Of a stretch of DNA of 64,000 nt, positions 10,750-19,839 are shown in pieces. Both the position numbers and the translations under genes were made by a program. The DNA comes from Rikenellaceae bacterium (GTDB lineage Bacteria > Bacteroidota > Bacteroidia > Bacteroidales > Rikenellaceae), in the NCBI GenBank assembly GCA_017936385.1, contig JAGBFQ010000024.1, positions 4,927-68,926 of the forward strand. The letters run 5' to 3'. The number at the start of each line of letters is the position of its first letter. The first letter of the stretch is position 1. The notes below the pieces were generated by a model that saw only the letters and a program-made list of their open reading frames with translations, was not told the DNA's origin and did no database searches.

Positions 10750-12360
10750 TTAGTGTTTGAAGTCTGCGAAGAAATCGTTACCCTTATCATCTACGATGAT
10801 GAATGCAGGGAAGTTCTCGATACGAATCTTACGAACGGCCTCCATACCTAGTTCGGGGAAGTCCACAACCTCGACACTCTTAATCGAGTTCTTGGCAAGG
10901 ATTGCAGCCGGACCGCCAATCGAGCCGAGATAGAAACCACCATGTTTCTTACAAGCGTCGGTTACCTCTTGCGAACGGTTACCTTTGGCAACCATCACCA
11001 TCGAGCCACCCAACGATTGGAACAGGTCAACATAGGGGTCCATACGACCTGCTGTGGTCGGGCCGAAACTACCCGAAGCCATACCTGCGGGGGTCTTGGC
11101 AGGACCTGCGTAATATACGGGGTGGTTTTTGAAGTACTCGGGCATGGGTTGACCTTCGTCAATCATCTGTTTGATGCGTGCGTGAGCGATGTCACGAGCA
11201 ACAATCAGCGTACCTTTCAGATTCAGACGGGTTTTGATGGGATATTTGGTCAGCGTAGCCAAAACTTTGTCCATACCCTCGTCGAGGTCGATATCCACTG
11301 CGGGCGACATTGCGGGAGCTTGTGCGGGCAGGTATTTCGAAGGTTCTTTTTCGAGTTGCTCCAACCAGATACCGTCGGCATTGATTTTGGCCTTGATATT
11401 ACGGTCGGCGCTACAACTTACACCGATACCAACGGGGCACGAAGCCGCGTGGCGAGGCATACGAATCACGCGCACGTCATATACAAAGTACTTACCACCG
11501 AATTGAGCACCGATACCGCTTTTTTGGCAGATTTCAAGCACTTTGGCCTCCCACTCCAAGTCACGGAAAGCACGTCCACCCTCGTTACCGCTGGTAGGAA
11601 GGTTGTCGAAGTAGCCTGCCGATGCTTTCTTGACGGCAGCCAGGTTTGCCTCGGCCGAAGTACCGCCCACAACGATTGCCAAGTGGTAGGGAGGACATGC
11701 CGAAGTACCCAGGTCTTTGATGTGCTCGGTGATGAATTTGGTCAGATTCTCCTCGGTCAGCAGGGCTTTGGTCTGTTGGTAGAGGAAAGTTTTGTTGGCC
11801 GAACCACCACCTTTGGTGATAAACAGGAATTTATACTCATTGCCTTTGGTAGCATAGAGGTCGATTTGTGCGGGCAGGTTGGTGCCGCTGTTTTTCTCGT
11901 CGAGCATTGTGAAAGGAACCACCTGCGAATAACGCAGGTTACGCTCAGCGTAGGTTTGATAGACACCGCGCGAGATACACTCGGCATCATCCACACCGGT
12001 ATAAACATTCTCACCCTTCTTACCGATGCAGATTGCGGTACCGGTATCTTGGCAGGTGGGGAGTTCGCCCTCGGCTGCCACGCATTGGTTTACGAGCATG
12101 GTGTACGCCACGAATTTATCGTTATCCGTAGCCTCGGGGTCATTCAGAATGTTATTGAGTTTTTGGAGGTGCGAGCCGCGCAGGTAGAACGAAACGTCGG
12201 CATAGGCCTCCTTCGAGAGCAGTTCAAGACCTTTGGGGTCGATGCGCAAAATCTGACGGTCGCCACACTGTTCGACAGTCACATAGTCTTTGGTTAGCAA
12301 ACGATACTGAGTGGTGTCCTCTCCCATTTCGAAAGGCTCTTGATAGATGAATTCTGCCAT
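10750..12360 (-). CDS. fumB: class I (Fe-S dependent) fumarate hydratase
   Basis: 536 aa fusing alpha and beta domains. Motifs [26 protein letters not shown] and GPTTAGRMD. Confidence 0.9.
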   Translation of the reverse strand: MAEFIYQEPFEMGEDTTQYRLLTKDYVTVEQCGDRQILRIDPKGLELLSKEAYADVSFYLRGSHLQKLNNILNDPEATDNDKFVAYTMLVNQCVAAEGELPTCQDTGTAICIGKKGENVYTGVDDAECISRGVYQTYAERNLRYSQVVPFTMLDEKNSGTNLPAQIDLYATKGNEYKFLFITKGGGSANKTFLYQQTKALLTEENLTKFITEHIKDLGTSACPPYHLAIVVGGTSAEANLAAVKKASAGYFDNLPTSGNEGGRAFRDLEWEAKVLEICQKSGIGAQFGGKYFVYDVRVIRMPRHAASCPVGIGVSCSADRNIKAKINADGIWLEQLEKEPSKYLPAQAPAMSPAVDIDLDEGMDKVLATLTKYPIKTRLNLKGTLIVARDIAHARIKQMIDEGQPMPEYFKNHPVYYAGPAKTPAGMASGSFGPTTAGRMDPYVDLFQSLGGSMVMVAKGNRSQEVTDACKKHGGFYLGSIGGPAAILAKNSIKSVEVVDFPELGMEAVRKIRIENFPAFIIVDDKGNDFFADFKH

Positions 12361-12494
12361 AATGGTTTGTCTATTTTGATTGTGTTTTGTTTTGATTATT
12401 CGTTTTCTGTTTTGCTTTGACGCATTTGTTCGGCGCCTTTACATCATGCAAATTTAGCACAAAGTTAGCGAAATCCCAAAAAAATCAGCATCCG

Positions 12495-13214
12495 CTACAC
12501 CCCTCGGCCTGTCAGGCGTTGCATAAAATCCTCCTTATAGGAGTTCGACATAGGCAACGACTCCGCACCCACCGTCACGTGCATATTACCAACCGTGGTT
12601 ACGCGGTCGAGGTTGACAATGTAGCTGCGGTGGATTCGCTGGAAGTGTTCCGAGGGCAAAGACTGCTCGACCGAGCGCATGCTCATCAACGATTTCAGTT
12701 CACCATTCACCGTTCGAATACGCACATAATCCTTCTCTCCCTTGACATACAAAATCTCGTCCAACGGAATGACATGTTGTTTATAGTCCGCCTTGACGAT
12801 AATCGAGCGGGGAGCGGTGGCCGTAGGTGTTGCCGGCTGCTCCGTGCGGCGCGGAGCAAACCATGCCAAAGCCTTGTCCACAGCATGGCGGAACTCGTCG
12901 TAGTTAAAAGGCTTGAGCAGATAGTCAATAGCGTCGGCCTTGAAACCCTCCAAAGCATACTGCTCAAAAGCCGTGGTAAACACCACCTTGGTGTTCTTTC
13001 CCACCCTGTGCGCCAACTCCAAGCCATTCACTTGGGGCATCTGTATATCGAGGAACGCCAAGTCCACGGGGTTCTCCTCCATCATTTTCAACGCTGCCAC
13101 GCCGTCTATGCAACGTGCCAGCAACTCCAATTCGGGGGTACGACGCACATACTCTTCCAACAATTCGAGAGCCAAAGGCTCATCATCCACAATAATACAC
13201 TTGAGTTTACCCAT
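12495..13214 (-). CDS. LytTR-family response regulator
   Basis: Receiver domain (IIVDDEPLALELL, FLDIQMP) plus a C-terminal LytTR DNA-binding domain. It is adjacent to its kinase. Confidence 0.9.
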   Translation of the reverse strand: MGKLKCIIVDDEPLALELLEEYVRRTPELELLARCIDGVAALKMMEENPVDLAFLDIQMPQVNGLELAHRVGKNTKVVFTTAFEQYALEGFKADAIDYLLKPFNYDEFRHAVDKALAWFAPRRTEQPATPTATAPRSIIVKADYKQHVIPLDEILYVKGEKDYVRIRTVNGELKSLMSMRSVEQSLPSEHFQRIHRSYIVNLDRVTTVGNMHVTVGAESLPMSNSYKEDFMQRLTGRGV

Positions 13215-13225
13215 ATATAAAGTTT

Positions 13226-14329
13226 TTATATATACAATTTAAGTTGTGTCGAGAAATCCTTGCCATCACACGTCATCGTCAATTTATGCTCGTTCGGATA
13301 GAGCAACTCCAGACGTCGACGCAGATTGACGACTCCGATTCCCGAGCCGCTTCGGTCTGCATCCGTCTTGGGGAAGTAGCTATTATGCACCTGACAAACC
13401 ACCACACGACGGCCCAACTCCTCGGTAACTGCAATTTCAATATTAATGTACGACGGTTCGGTGTACGACACGCCATGTTTGAAGGCGTTCTCGACCGGCG
13501 ACATAAACATCAACGGAGCAATCATCACACCACTATCACTCTGAGCAATATTGGCCGTCAGTTGCACATTGTCGGTCAAGCGAAGTTTCATAAGGTCGAT
13601 ATAGCTACGCATGAAATCCAGCTCCTTGCTGAGCGGCACCTCCTTGAGTTGGTCATCATACAGCACATAACGCAACACCTTGCTCAGATTGTGAGTTGCC
13701 TGCTGCGCCCGTTGACCGTCAATCGAGATGAGCGAATAGATATTGTTCATGGCATTGAATAGGAAGTGCGGATTGAGTTGCGCCCGTAGATTGCGCAATT
13801 CTGCTTCGCGCTGCTCCGACTCTTGCTTTTGTCGTTTGCTCTCCTCGCGCATATAGTCTACCATATATCGCAACGTAATCGACAGGCCTACGGTCATTGC
13901 CAAAATAACACTGTAATAGAACACCGTATTGCTGAAAATCAGCGGCCGCGAACTGATATTAAAGATTGAGCGGAAGTGGTTCTGCCAATAGAACGAGCCG
14001 ATGGCAATGGCAAAAATCAACAACAAATTGACCACAACAAACCACAAACGTTTCTTCTGTCCACCCATCCACAGACGGTCAAACAGATAGTAGTAGTCGA
14101 AATAGAATAACAGAATGAACATCACCGGCAGACCAACGTACGTAGCAAAGTGTTGGCTTGTGATGTCGCGCAACGACTCACCATCATTCATACCCTGAAG
14201 TATCGGCCACACAATAACAATCACCCAAGCAATGATATTGAGTGCCACGTAAGCCTTGTGTTGTGCCGTATTTCGTTCCTCCTTGCGTCCGAAAGCCCGC
14301 TCCTTAAACTCTTCAAAAGTCATATCCAA
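13226..14329 (-). CDS. sensor histidine kinase, LytS/YehU-like (His_kinase + HATPase)
   Basis: Multi-TM N-terminus, H-box LNPHFLFNAMNN and an ATPase region NAFKHG ... GSGIGVVNLRRRLELLY. Confidence 0.85.
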   Translation of the reverse strand: MDMTFEEFKERAFGRKEERNTAQHKAYVALNIIAWVIVIVWPILQGMNDGESLRDITSQHFATYVGLPVMFILLFYFDYYYLFDRLWMGGQKKRLWFVVVNLLLIFAIAIGSFYWQNHFRSIFNISSRPLIFSNTVFYYSVILAMTVGLSITLRYMVDYMREESKRQKQESEQREAELRNLRAQLNPHFLFNAMNNIYSLISIDGQRAQQATHNLSKVLRYVLYDDQLKEVPLSKELDFMRSYIDLMKLRLTDNVQLTANIAQSDSGVMIAPLMFMSPVENAFKHGVSYTEPSYINIEIAVTEELGRRVVVCQVHNSYFPKTDADRSGSGIGVVNLRRRLELLYPNEHKLTMTCDGKDFSTQLKLYI

Positions 14330-14454
14330 CGTTGGTTAATTCATTCGACGATAGTGCAAAGATAACACTTGTCGCTCAACTGCCGCACTCCTCGAAATAA
14401 AAAAACGCAAAAAAACGTTCGATAATTAAACTTTTTAAGTACTTTTGTGCCATT

Positions 14455-14955
14455 ATGAACCACAAGATTACAAAATTAACAACCATGGCCGCTGCTCTGT
14501 TTGCAGCCGCCATCTCTCTGTGTGGATGCTTTCCCGAAAACGACGGCTCTCAAACATTCACCAAAGGAGACTTCATTATCGAAGGTCGAATTACCGACTA
14601 TTATCAGAAACCCATCACCAAAGTTCCCGATGGTTTCGAAGCCGACAGTGTAAGAGTGATTCTGTATCGTGTCACCGCCAAGGACCAAACTTTGGCAATC
14701 ACCCCAGCTGAGCAAATTTGCGACACGGTGTGGGCTGACGCAACGGGTCGTTACCAGGTTAAGGATAGCGACTTGACGGAGGTTTCTAATGTTTATGGCT
14801 TGTATATTAGTGATGCGGCTGACAAGTTTCACGCCGAGGAGCGTTACTTCCTGTCACAGGAGTCGACCATCTATGAACGTGGCGACAAATACGAACTTGT
14901 CACCACATTCAACTGCATTCTCTACCCTCACGACTGGCCCGGCCTCAACAAGTAG
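14455..14955 (+). CDS. hypothetical lipoprotein
   Basis: 166 aa with a signal peptide and lipobox-like AISLCGC. No recognisable domain. Confidence 0.55.
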   Translation: MNHKITKLTTMAAALFAAAISLCGCFPENDGSQTFTKGDFIIEGRITDYYQKPITKVPDGFEADSVRVILYRVTAKDQTLAITPAEQICDTVWADATGRYQVKDSDLTEVSNVYGLYISDAADKFHAEERYFLSQESTIYERGDKYELVTTFNCILYPHDWPGLNK

Positions 14956-14980
14956 ACCATTCAACCACAAAACAAAAAAA

Positions 14981-15014
14981 GCAGTCTGACAAAGTTTATT
15001 GTCAGACTGCTTTT
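14981..15014. terminator. bidirectional rho-independent terminator; marks the left edge of the AT-rich island and ends the T6SS-like operon
   Basis: GCAGTCTGAC-AAAGTTTATT-GTCAGACTGC hairpin, flanked by AAAAAAA on the left and TTTT on the right. Confidence 0.85.
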
Positions 15015-15041
15015 GTATATATGCATCAGGGAGAGGGGACT

Positions 15042-16346
15042 CTAATACGCCTCAACCCTTAATTTCACTCCTCCGATTGAGATTATATCACCAGGTCTTA
15101 TCTCCATTCCCTCTTGTGAAACCATATCGGAATTAACAAATGTTCCATTAAGCGAACGTGTCCATATTTCTTTAGACTCCTTGCACCATTGGCCATCACG
15201 GATATACCAAATATCCCTTTCGCAATCCAATTCCAAAGTACAATGACGACGAGAAATATACGTGGATGCTAATTCCGATAATTGTATCATATTAAAAACG
15301 GAATTATCAGCACGACCAATCGTTATAATACGTCTTGGAGACTGTGCAATTTCAGGCAATCTATAATATTTACCACAATCATCGCCTTGCATTACATGTA
15401 ACACCAATCCATTTTGAATAACTATTGGAGCTTCAACCTGACTATCTCTTGCGCCTTTGTAAGGATAACAGTTTGCGGGCATTTTATCGAGCAGTTCATC
15501 AATATTTCTTGCTCGTTTGCTTGCATCTGCTTGCAAACAAGCATTCAGAATACTTAACCACATTTCACTATTTTCATCCCTCAACAATAGGTTGCTATTC
15601 CACTCATTATTCCTTGCGCGTGTTTGATACAGAACCCAATCCGAGTCCGTATTCAATGGTCCAAAGGGCAACTCACCTGTCAATAGCTGATAAAGAATAA
15701 CTCCAAACGAAAATATATCAACCGTAGGCAAAATGGTAGAACATTTCTCAATGCGATATAATTCGGGAGCTCGATAAGCTTTCGTACTATCTACCGTTCT
15801 CATCTGCCTTGAGCTATTATCAATGGCGCCACGTCGCCCAAATGTCACATAATTAGTTATCACAGCATGGTCGCCCTCTGTAATCAACACATCCTCGGGA
15901 GTTAATTGACCATGTACTTTTCCCGATTTATGCAAATCTCTCAAACCATACAGAATCTCCTTCACTACTTTGATTGTATTCAGCCTTGGATTTGACATCA
16001 AGTGCGACAACTCTTCCGAACTACAATATTCCATCAACAAATATGGATTACCATTCACACGTCCCGAGTGTGTGATGGTTGTCAAATAATTACTCTTAAT
16101 CCTACAACTCTTTATTTCATTCTCGGCCGAATGCAACATACTTTGACGTAGACGAGATTCCACATCCCAAAGTTTGAGTAGTTTTAGAATATACTCTTTT
16201 CCTGAAGTATCATTCACTTTGAACTTTTGGTCGGTTTGAGAGAAACCCAATACCCGTTCCACTCTAAACTTACCATCTATCATATCATGCATGCGAAAAT
16301 CGCAGCGTTGAACTATATTATTTTTCATATCATATTCATTTTTCAA
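15042..16346 (-). CDS. Ser/Thr protein kinase-like domain (predicted pseudokinase) fused to a C-terminal FHA domain
   Basis: 434 aa. The kinase fold is recognisable (YILK lysine, YRAPE, DIFSFGVILYQLLTGELPF). The catalytic loop reads HGQLTPED instead of HRDLKPxN, and DFG is replaced by TNY. The C-terminal FHA is canonical (IGR...ISRRHC...SLNGTFVN). Confidence 0.85.
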   Translation of the reverse strand: MKNEYDMKNNIVQRCDFRMHDMIDGKFRVERVLGFSQTDQKFKVNDTSGKEYILKLLKLWDVESRLRQSMLHSAENEIKSCRIKSNYLTTITHSGRVNGNPYLLMEYCSSEELSHLMSNPRLNTIKVVKEILYGLRDLHKSGKVHGQLTPEDVLITEGDHAVITNYVTFGRRGAIDNSSRQMRTVDSTKAYRAPELYRIEKCSTILPTVDIFSFGVILYQLLTGELPFGPLNTDSDWVLYQTRARNNEWNSNLLLRDENSEMWLSILNACLQADASKRARNIDELLDKMPANCYPYKGARDSQVEAPIVIQNGLVLHVMQGDDCGKYYRLPEIAQSPRRIITIGRADNSVFNMIQLSELASTYISRRHCTLELDCERDIWYIRDGQWCKESKEIWTRSLNGTFVNSDMVSQEGMEIRPGDIISIGGVKLRVEAY

Positions 16347-16379
16347 GTATTACCCAAAGAGATTACAACACATCAACAA

Positions 16380-16823
16380 TTATATTTTTCGTGTTTTAAT
16401 ATTAAATTCAAAGAGTCGATTTCCCATTTTGATAATATCCCCCGGTTCCAACTTAATTCCGGCGCCAGCATGGACATAAGTTGAATTATCATGTGAACGG
16501 TCCTCAATGAACCAGTGGCCATCAGAGAAGAAGAAACATGCTTGTTCTTCATCATCTATAGACCTATCATGCGGCACGGTGTTTTGACGCGAAAGATAAA
16601 CCTCTGCACCTTCTTCATAAACCTCCTCCGGCATTTCACGCTCTCCGGGTTGTGCTATTGGTCGTAACGTACAATAAGGTATCTCCTCTTCATTGTAGTC
16701 AAACACTTCCTCCTCTGCAACAGGAACTTTTGTCACAATCTCATCTGTCATCTCTGCCAAGCAATTCGGGCAGATGTGCATCCCATTTATTACGGGATAG
16801 CCACAATTATTACATTGTATCAT
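16380..16823 (-). CDS. zinc-ribbon protein with a C-terminal degenerate FHA-like domain
   Basis: 147 aa. N-terminal CNNCGYPVINGMHICPNC and an acidic linker. The C-terminus (FFFSDGHWFIEDRSHDNSTYV...GDIIKMGNRLFEF) has FHA-like periodicity but lacks the S-x-x-H pair. Confidence 0.65.
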   Translation of the reverse strand: MIQCNNCGYPVINGMHICPNCLAEMTDEIVTKVPVAEEEVFDYNEEEIPYCTLRPIAQPGEREMPEEVYEEGAEVYLSRQNTVPHDRSIDDEEQACFFFSDGHWFIEDRSHDNSTYVHAGAGIKLEPGDIIKMGNRLFEFNIKTRKI

Positions 16824-16863
16824 TTGATTGATTATTAGTTCATTTTTGATTAAAATTCAACAC

Positions 16864-17610
16864 CTATATTGATTGGTTTAACATATACTCAAATGCTTTT
16901 TCAGCTTGTAGTTCTTCACGAGTAGCATTCCAACCATCATCTATTTTTGTCAGAATCTCCTTATTCTTATTTTCAATTTTCTCACCTACACGACTTATAC
17001 TATCTTTGGCCTTTTTAATAGTTCGAGCGAAATAGTCGTCAAATATTTCTATACATTTAAATTTTTCTGATGACTTTACTACCTTTTGAGTCAATGTTGA
17101 CACACTATATCCACAGCGAGAACAGAGTATATTTTTAAAATTTATAATAGCAGGTTTGATGCTTCCGACAGGAATATATTTAGCAAGCTTTGCACCTGGT
17201 ATAGCTCCTACTAGGTTTAAAAAACCACCAAGGACATCACCTACAGCAAAACACCCAACAGCCAAAGCTAAACTACAAACCATTCCAATTGGCCCTGGAA
17301 CAAAACTACCCACTTCTGCTGCCGACTTCAATATGACTAATTGTATATCAGCAACGCATTTTGACAAATCTGCTGCGATATTAATAATGTCATCTATATT
17401 GCCTTTCTTTAAAGTGATAGCTAACTTGTCTAATAGGGAAAGAATTTCATCCCATTTTGTAAGTATTATGCTTAATCCAAAAGGATTAGTCCATTTACAA
17501 TTTGCCAAATCGGACTTTATTCCTTCAACACCTGCTCTTTTTAAAGTAGTATGAAACTGCCTTATAACATTACTTAGGCCTTCTAGAATTTCAGTTGATA
17601 TAGTAGCCAT
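16864..17610 (-). CDS. hypothetical helical protein with a central glycine-zipper / predicted TM hairpin
   Basis: 248 aa. The hydrophobic Gly-rich core is VGSFVPGPIGMVCSLALAVGCFAVGDVLGGFLNLVGAIPGA, flanked by charged helical regions. No family recognised. Confidence 0.65.
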   Translation of the reverse strand: MATISTEILEGLSNVIRQFHTTLKRAGVEGIKSDLANCKWTNPFGLSIILTKWDEILSLLDKLAITLKKGNIDDIINIAADLSKCVADIQLVILKSAAEVGSFVPGPIGMVCSLALAVGCFAVGDVLGGFLNLVGAIPGAKLAKYIPVGSIKPAIINFKNILCSRCGYSVSTLTQKVVKSSEKFKCIEIFDDYFARTIKKAKDSISRVGEKIENKNKEILTKIDDGWNATREELQAEKAFEYMLNQSI

Positions 17611-17618
17611 GCAAATGA

Positions 17619-19307
17619 TTAAGATATGGTCAATTGATAACTAAAACTCTTTCTCAACTCAATATTAATCTTCAAATAATTGAAGAAATCGGAATTATTA
17701 ACTTCGGTTTTCAAGGCCTCCGACAGGATATTGAAATGTATGTTTATACACTTCTCAATATGGCCATCGATAGGAACATAGCTCTCGGAAAGTGATATAT
17801 TGCAAGAGTTGATGGCTTCTTCGCCAAAAGCACGCATGAATTCTACTTTGCAATATTGCAACAGGTCGATTTTCGTAAACAAACGGTCGTTGCTATTCAC
17901 AATATGCCTTACCAACTCTTTACGAGTATTCAAGTCCTTGATTTTATTTCGTCCTCCGGTTGCATCTATCAATGCTTCTATATCTCCAACAGCAGCATTC
18001 GTCGATGTTAATTTGCCTCCACGTCTTAAAAGATTACCACGTTCTCCATTTGTCGTAAAATATGTCAGAACCATTGGTTGCTGATTATTTTGAGGTTTGC
18101 GTATAGCATATGCACCCCCATACGAACGAGGACGTTCTGAACGATACTCATCAAGTGAATCATAAATCTGCATCATCGAATGACGCAACGAGCGCAACAT
18201 TGCACCATCATGCAACGAATTACTATCCACAAATGCGTAGTAATCATTCACATAGTGATGATACAGACTGGTTATATCTTCACGTATACGCTCGTTGTCA
18301 TATTGGCTCACGTCAAAATCTCGGATAAAGTAATCTTGAGCCAACTCTTGATTTTGTACAACCTCTAAAAAATATGTATCTGTTTTATCATTCTCCAAAC
18401 GTTGTATCGGTTCGCTATAACTCAGTTTCACATTTTGAATATCATAATTCACAACCGGAATGCTATTCAACTGTATGGCTGTTTCAAGTGGTAATGAGAT
18501 ATTTTCAGACGACTTAATTCGTATCCACAAAAAGCGATTACCTACAAACGGTTCTATTACCTCTTGTGCATAGGAGTCCATTATCCATGCCGGTATTTCG
18601 CCACGATTGAGAGTCCGTTTATTGGAGCACTTCCCAAATCGGTAAAGCCACAACCCATAATAAACCAAACTTTCTTTCCAAAACTCCTTTAGCATAAAAT
18701 TTGAATTCATTGCACATGGAGTATCATCCATCACCAACGACATAGGAATCTGCACGTCACCCACTTCGGCCATGAGTTGGTTCGATGGTAATGGATGTGA
18801 AAAAGCGATTGTGACATCTTCTAATGTATTAACTTCCCCCAAAGCGTCAAATGCCAACCAAATTTCATGTTTGTGTCTATTTTCTGGCCAAGTAGCTTGT
18901 AATGGTGCCCTATTGGGTTGCAACAACGTATTATTCATAAAACAGGCAGCAATACGTCCGGGAATAATACGACTCTTAAAAATAGGACGGTAATTACATT
19001 TTGTTGCCTTATATGAGAACGCATCATTCTCATCAATGTAATAAGGGGTGTACTCCTGTCCATTGCCTATGCTCACCACCGTAACAGCGGGCTGTGCTTG
19101 CAAATTACCATGTTGCAAAACTTGATTGCAAAACTGTTCTGATAATTTCGCAACCGTTTGGTCCATTTTTCTCTCAATCTCACAAGATTGATGAGCCATG
19201 GCAACGAGCATCATTTTGGCAATAGGGTCAGATAACGAAATACGCTGTTCGTCCTGTTCCAAGGCTCGTTGCAAGTCGACTACTTTATTTCTTACTTTTA
19301 TGTCCAT
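17619..19307 (-). CDS. tssF: TssF-like T6SS baseplate subunit (gp6-like)
   Basis: 562 aa. The N-terminal pattern DPIAKMMLVAMAHQSCEIERKMDQTVAKLSEQFCNQVL...QPAVTVV parallels the conserved TssF DPyVErL..gfAFL...kLDdE.PelTe..l..L.P.yl..iPs block. Its start overlaps the tssE-like stop by 1 nt. Confidence 0.7.
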   Translation of the reverse strand: MDIKVRNKVVDLQRALEQDEQRISLSDPIAKMMLVAMAHQSCEIERKMDQTVAKLSEQFCNQVLQHGNLQAQPAVTVVSIGNGQEYTPYYIDENDAFSYKATKCNYRPIFKSRIIPGRIAACFMNNTLLQPNRAPLQATWPENRHKHEIWLAFDALGEVNTLEDVTIAFSHPLPSNQLMAEVGDVQIPMSLVMDDTPCAMNSNFMLKEFWKESLVYYGLWLYRFGKCSNKRTLNRGEIPAWIMDSYAQEVIEPFVGNRFLWIRIKSSENISLPLETAIQLNSIPVVNYDIQNVKLSYSEPIQRLENDKTDTYFLEVVQNQELAQDYFIRDFDVSQYDNERIREDITSLYHHYVNDYYAFVDSNSLHDGAMLRSLRHSMMQIYDSLDEYRSERPRSYGGAYAIRKPQNNQQPMVLTYFTTNGERGNLLRRGGKLTSTNAAVGDIEALIDATGGRNKIKDLNTRKELVRHIVNSNDRLFTKIDLLQYCKVEFMRAFGEEAINSCNISLSESYVPIDGHIEKCINIHFNILSEALKTEVNNSDFFNYLKINIELRKSFSYQLTIS

Positions 19308-19837
19308 TATTTATTATTTAAAAATGGGTCCATAAAGAATTCTACCTCACGATGATACTCTCCCTCGCGAGTACCAATATATTCATTATGGGTTAGCAAA
19401 CCTTTAACTAACACTCGAACAACATATTTACTGTTCTCGCCACGATGGGAATACTTATTTTTCTCCATACTTAGTTGCACCTCTACTTCAAGTTGTTGCA
19501 GAAATGGGATATAGTATAGAATGCTATCACGAACACTCTTTTCGCATTGTTTGATGCCAGCTCGTGACATCTGCACCTTCTCCTCCCTGTTGTTTTTGTG
19601 TTTTACAATCTTAAAATCCGCTCCATGATTGAAATCAACCAAATTCATGGCAATAAATTCATTGTCCCAAAAGCTAAATCCAAATTCTTCATCAGCCTTA
19701 AAACGTCGAATACTTGTAAAAACAACTGTATCCACCCAATTGTCTATGACAGTGGACACTTGGGTTAACGGACGCTCAATCTGTAAATTCAATTGTTCGT
19801 CGTTGACAAAACGTATGGGAGAATTGCTATAATGCAT
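19307..19837 (-). CDS. tssE: TssE-like / gp25-like baseplate wedge protein
   Basis: 176 aa. Assigned from its position immediately upstream of tssF and weak gp25-like features (VIDNWVDTVVFT..., SVRDSILYYIPFLQQLEVEV). Sequence support is modest. Confidence 0.5.
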   Translation of the reverse strand: MHYSNSPIRFVNDEQLNLQIERPLTQVSTVIDNWVDTVVFTSIRRFKADEEFGFSFWDNEFIAMNLVDFNHGADFKIVKHKNNREEKVQMSRAGIKQCEKSVRDSILYYIPFLQQLEVEVQLSMEKNKYSHRGENSKYVVRVLVKGLLTHNEYIGTREGEYHREVEFFMDPFLNNK

Positions 19838-19839
19838 CT

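Noticed and set aside
8793-10790. Longest-ORF starts for several genes: batD 10790, tssC 29092, hydG 45970, hydA 48526, htrA 49993, SNF 54786, bamD 57137, recN 59952, kinase 62718, TonB-like 34999.
   Set aside because: The extended N-termini overlap the preceding gene or run through intergenic or promoter DNA. They read as non-protein-like sequence. Internal Met codons give proper signal peptides or conserved N-termini, so the shorter coordinates were used.
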